Shown piece by piece: positions 37,159 to 38,307 of a stretch of DNA of 38,307 bases; within the stretch, counting starts at the first letter, position 1; every line of letters starts with the position of its first letter. The stretch spans positions 1 to 38,307 of the forward strand of contig LRSL01000018.1 in the NCBI GenBank assembly GCA_001563335.1, in the 5' to 3' direction. A program made the translations under genes and the position numbers. The notes under the pieces are model-generated. The model was not told where the DNA came from and searched no databases. It worked only from the letters and a program-made list of their open reading frames with translations. The stretch is from Candidatus Thorarchaeota archaeon SMTZ1-45 (GTDB lineage: Archaea > Asgardarchaeota > Thorarchaeia > Thorarchaeales > Thorarchaeaceae).

Positions 37159-38307
37159 CTATGGATACTCCTTGTTCTTGTTGAACACCAGACTCTTGAT
37201 TGTCACTGGAAATGATTGAGTTGACTTGAGAGGCCTACCTATGTCTATCCAGTCGCCAGCTTCTAGTTGCAATTCATCTAGAACCAATATGTTGCTCTGA
37301 ATCGATGTCTCATCTCGAATGGTGAGTCCCAATCTCTTAGCAACATCGTATCCGAAGATGAGGATGATTATCTTCTTGTTAGAAACAGAAATTGGCAAGG
37401 CTTCCTCAATAGCCTTAGCAAAGTGTGCTAACCACTCATCGCCTGTATAGTTTCTCGAAATGATTCGATCCCTGAAGTAGAGTGCAACGATATCCTTTCC
37501 CTCAACCATGTCAAATGTTACAAATGATCTTCGGATTTCTTCAACCAGGCTCTCAGGAGTGAATTCCTGACTCATTAAGTTGACTGGTAGAACAGGGACA
37601 TTTACAACGGGAAGGTTAATATCTTCATCGAAAAAAGTTGTCGACCCTGACACTGAGAGGGAAAAGGCTCCTGCACCTATGACCGTGGCGTGGATCTTGT
37701 TCTCAGGCTCCACCACGTGTAGTCCATTCGATTCGACCAATGTCTTGAGTTCTTGTGCCAGCATGACTCCAATGTCATCAAACGATTCGTTGCTTCCATA
37801 ATAAAGTTCAGCAATTCCACCTGAAAAGGAATAAGCATCTATAGGAATTGAGTAGTCCAAGCTGTCTGTCATCATCAGTTCCTTGGCAATAGCGCTTCTT
37901 GCTGGTCCCTGTATTACCTCAACCAAAGCCTTGGCATACCCCTTAGCGATGGTCCTTGCATCTTTTTCGGACATGGTATCGCCAATCTGATAGGTCATAC
38001 CGAGCTTATTCATGAGGAATTGAGTTGGTCCGTCTATCCTCCAAATCCTTAGAGAGTTATCAATACCGAGTAACCGACCACCAACATTGATACAGGATGT
38101 ACTGAGCACCTGACCATTGGATATAATAGCCAAGTTGCTGGTCCCTCCACCGATATCAACATGCAGATACGATTTCTTGGTGAAGAGTGATTGCTCAACC
38201 ATACCACTTCCCATTGCGCTTAGCAGAGACTCAAGATTGGGGCCTGCCGCTGCGCTGACAAATTTCCCAGACTCTGAGGATAGACGATTCACTATTTCAG
38301 CTGCATT
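37159..38307 (-). CDS. eutA: Second EutA-like protein (5'-partial, runs off the window)
   Basis: FVSAAAGPNLES, VDIGGGTSN, INVGGRL, IHATVIGAG, PVTIKSLVF; frame open to the window end. Confidence 0.85.
   Translation of the reverse strand, partial: NAAEIVNRLSSESGKFVSAAAGPNLESLLSAMGSGMVEQSLFTKKSYLHVDIGGGTSNLAIISNGQVLSTSCINVGGRLLGIDNSLRIWRIDGPTQFLMNKLGMTYQIGDTMSEKDARTIAKGYAKALVEVIQGPARSAIAKELMMTDSLDYSIPIDAYSFSGGIAELYYGSNESFDDIGVMLAQELKTLVESNGLHVVEPENKIHATVIGAGAFSLSVSGSTTFFDEDINLPVVNVPVLPVNLMSQEFTPESLVEEIRRSFVTFDMVEGKDIVALYFRDRIISRNYTGDEWLAHFAKAIEEALPISVSNKKIIILIFGYDVAKRLGLTIRDETSIQSNILVLDELQLEAGDWIDIGRPLKSTQSFPVTIKSLVFNKNKEYP

Noticed and set aside
37156-37161. Amber (pyrrolysine) readthrough fusing the two EutA genes
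   Set aside because: Both paralogues end at nearly the same motif (KSLVFNKNKEY..), so the TAG looks like a natural end, and no pyl genes are in the window.
1-38307. CRISPR array, rRNA, integrase or transposase; the many short antisense ORFs in the track
   Set aside because: No regularly spaced repeats or recombinase/transposase motifs were seen; the short ORFs are shadows of longer, motif-supported genes.

Overview
Archaeal genomic DNA of moderately low GC, most likely from an Asgard archaeon (Thorarchaeia-like). This is inferred from longin/Arf-like GTPase genes, many C-terminally membrane-anchored secreted enzymes and an archaeal-type tRNA-Cys. Left part: an NAD-kinase/winged-helix fusion with a degenerate GGDG motif, an extended MBL/beta-CASP RNase, and two adjacent paralogues sharing a longin / small-GTPase / longin / tandem winged-helix layout. 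One paralogue has an intact Arf-like G domain and the other an apparently dead one, and their C-termini resemble NPRL2 of GATOR1. Next is an Alw26I/Eco31I-type m6A plus circularly permuted m5C methyltransferase pair with no endonuclease beside it. Middle (about 19.4-27.9 kb): a gene-accretion and decay hotspot around an intact tRNA-Cys(GCA). It contains three degenerate tRNA-Cys fragments (two pair compensatorily across about 7 kb), a degenerate tRNA-Arg(UCU), several pseudogenes, and a small protein with a type III secretion needle/filament-like C-terminus. Right part: GPH sugar transporter plus GH38 alpha-mannosidase, an MFS transporter and two tandem EutA-like ATPases. All calls come from reading motifs by eye; no database searches were run.
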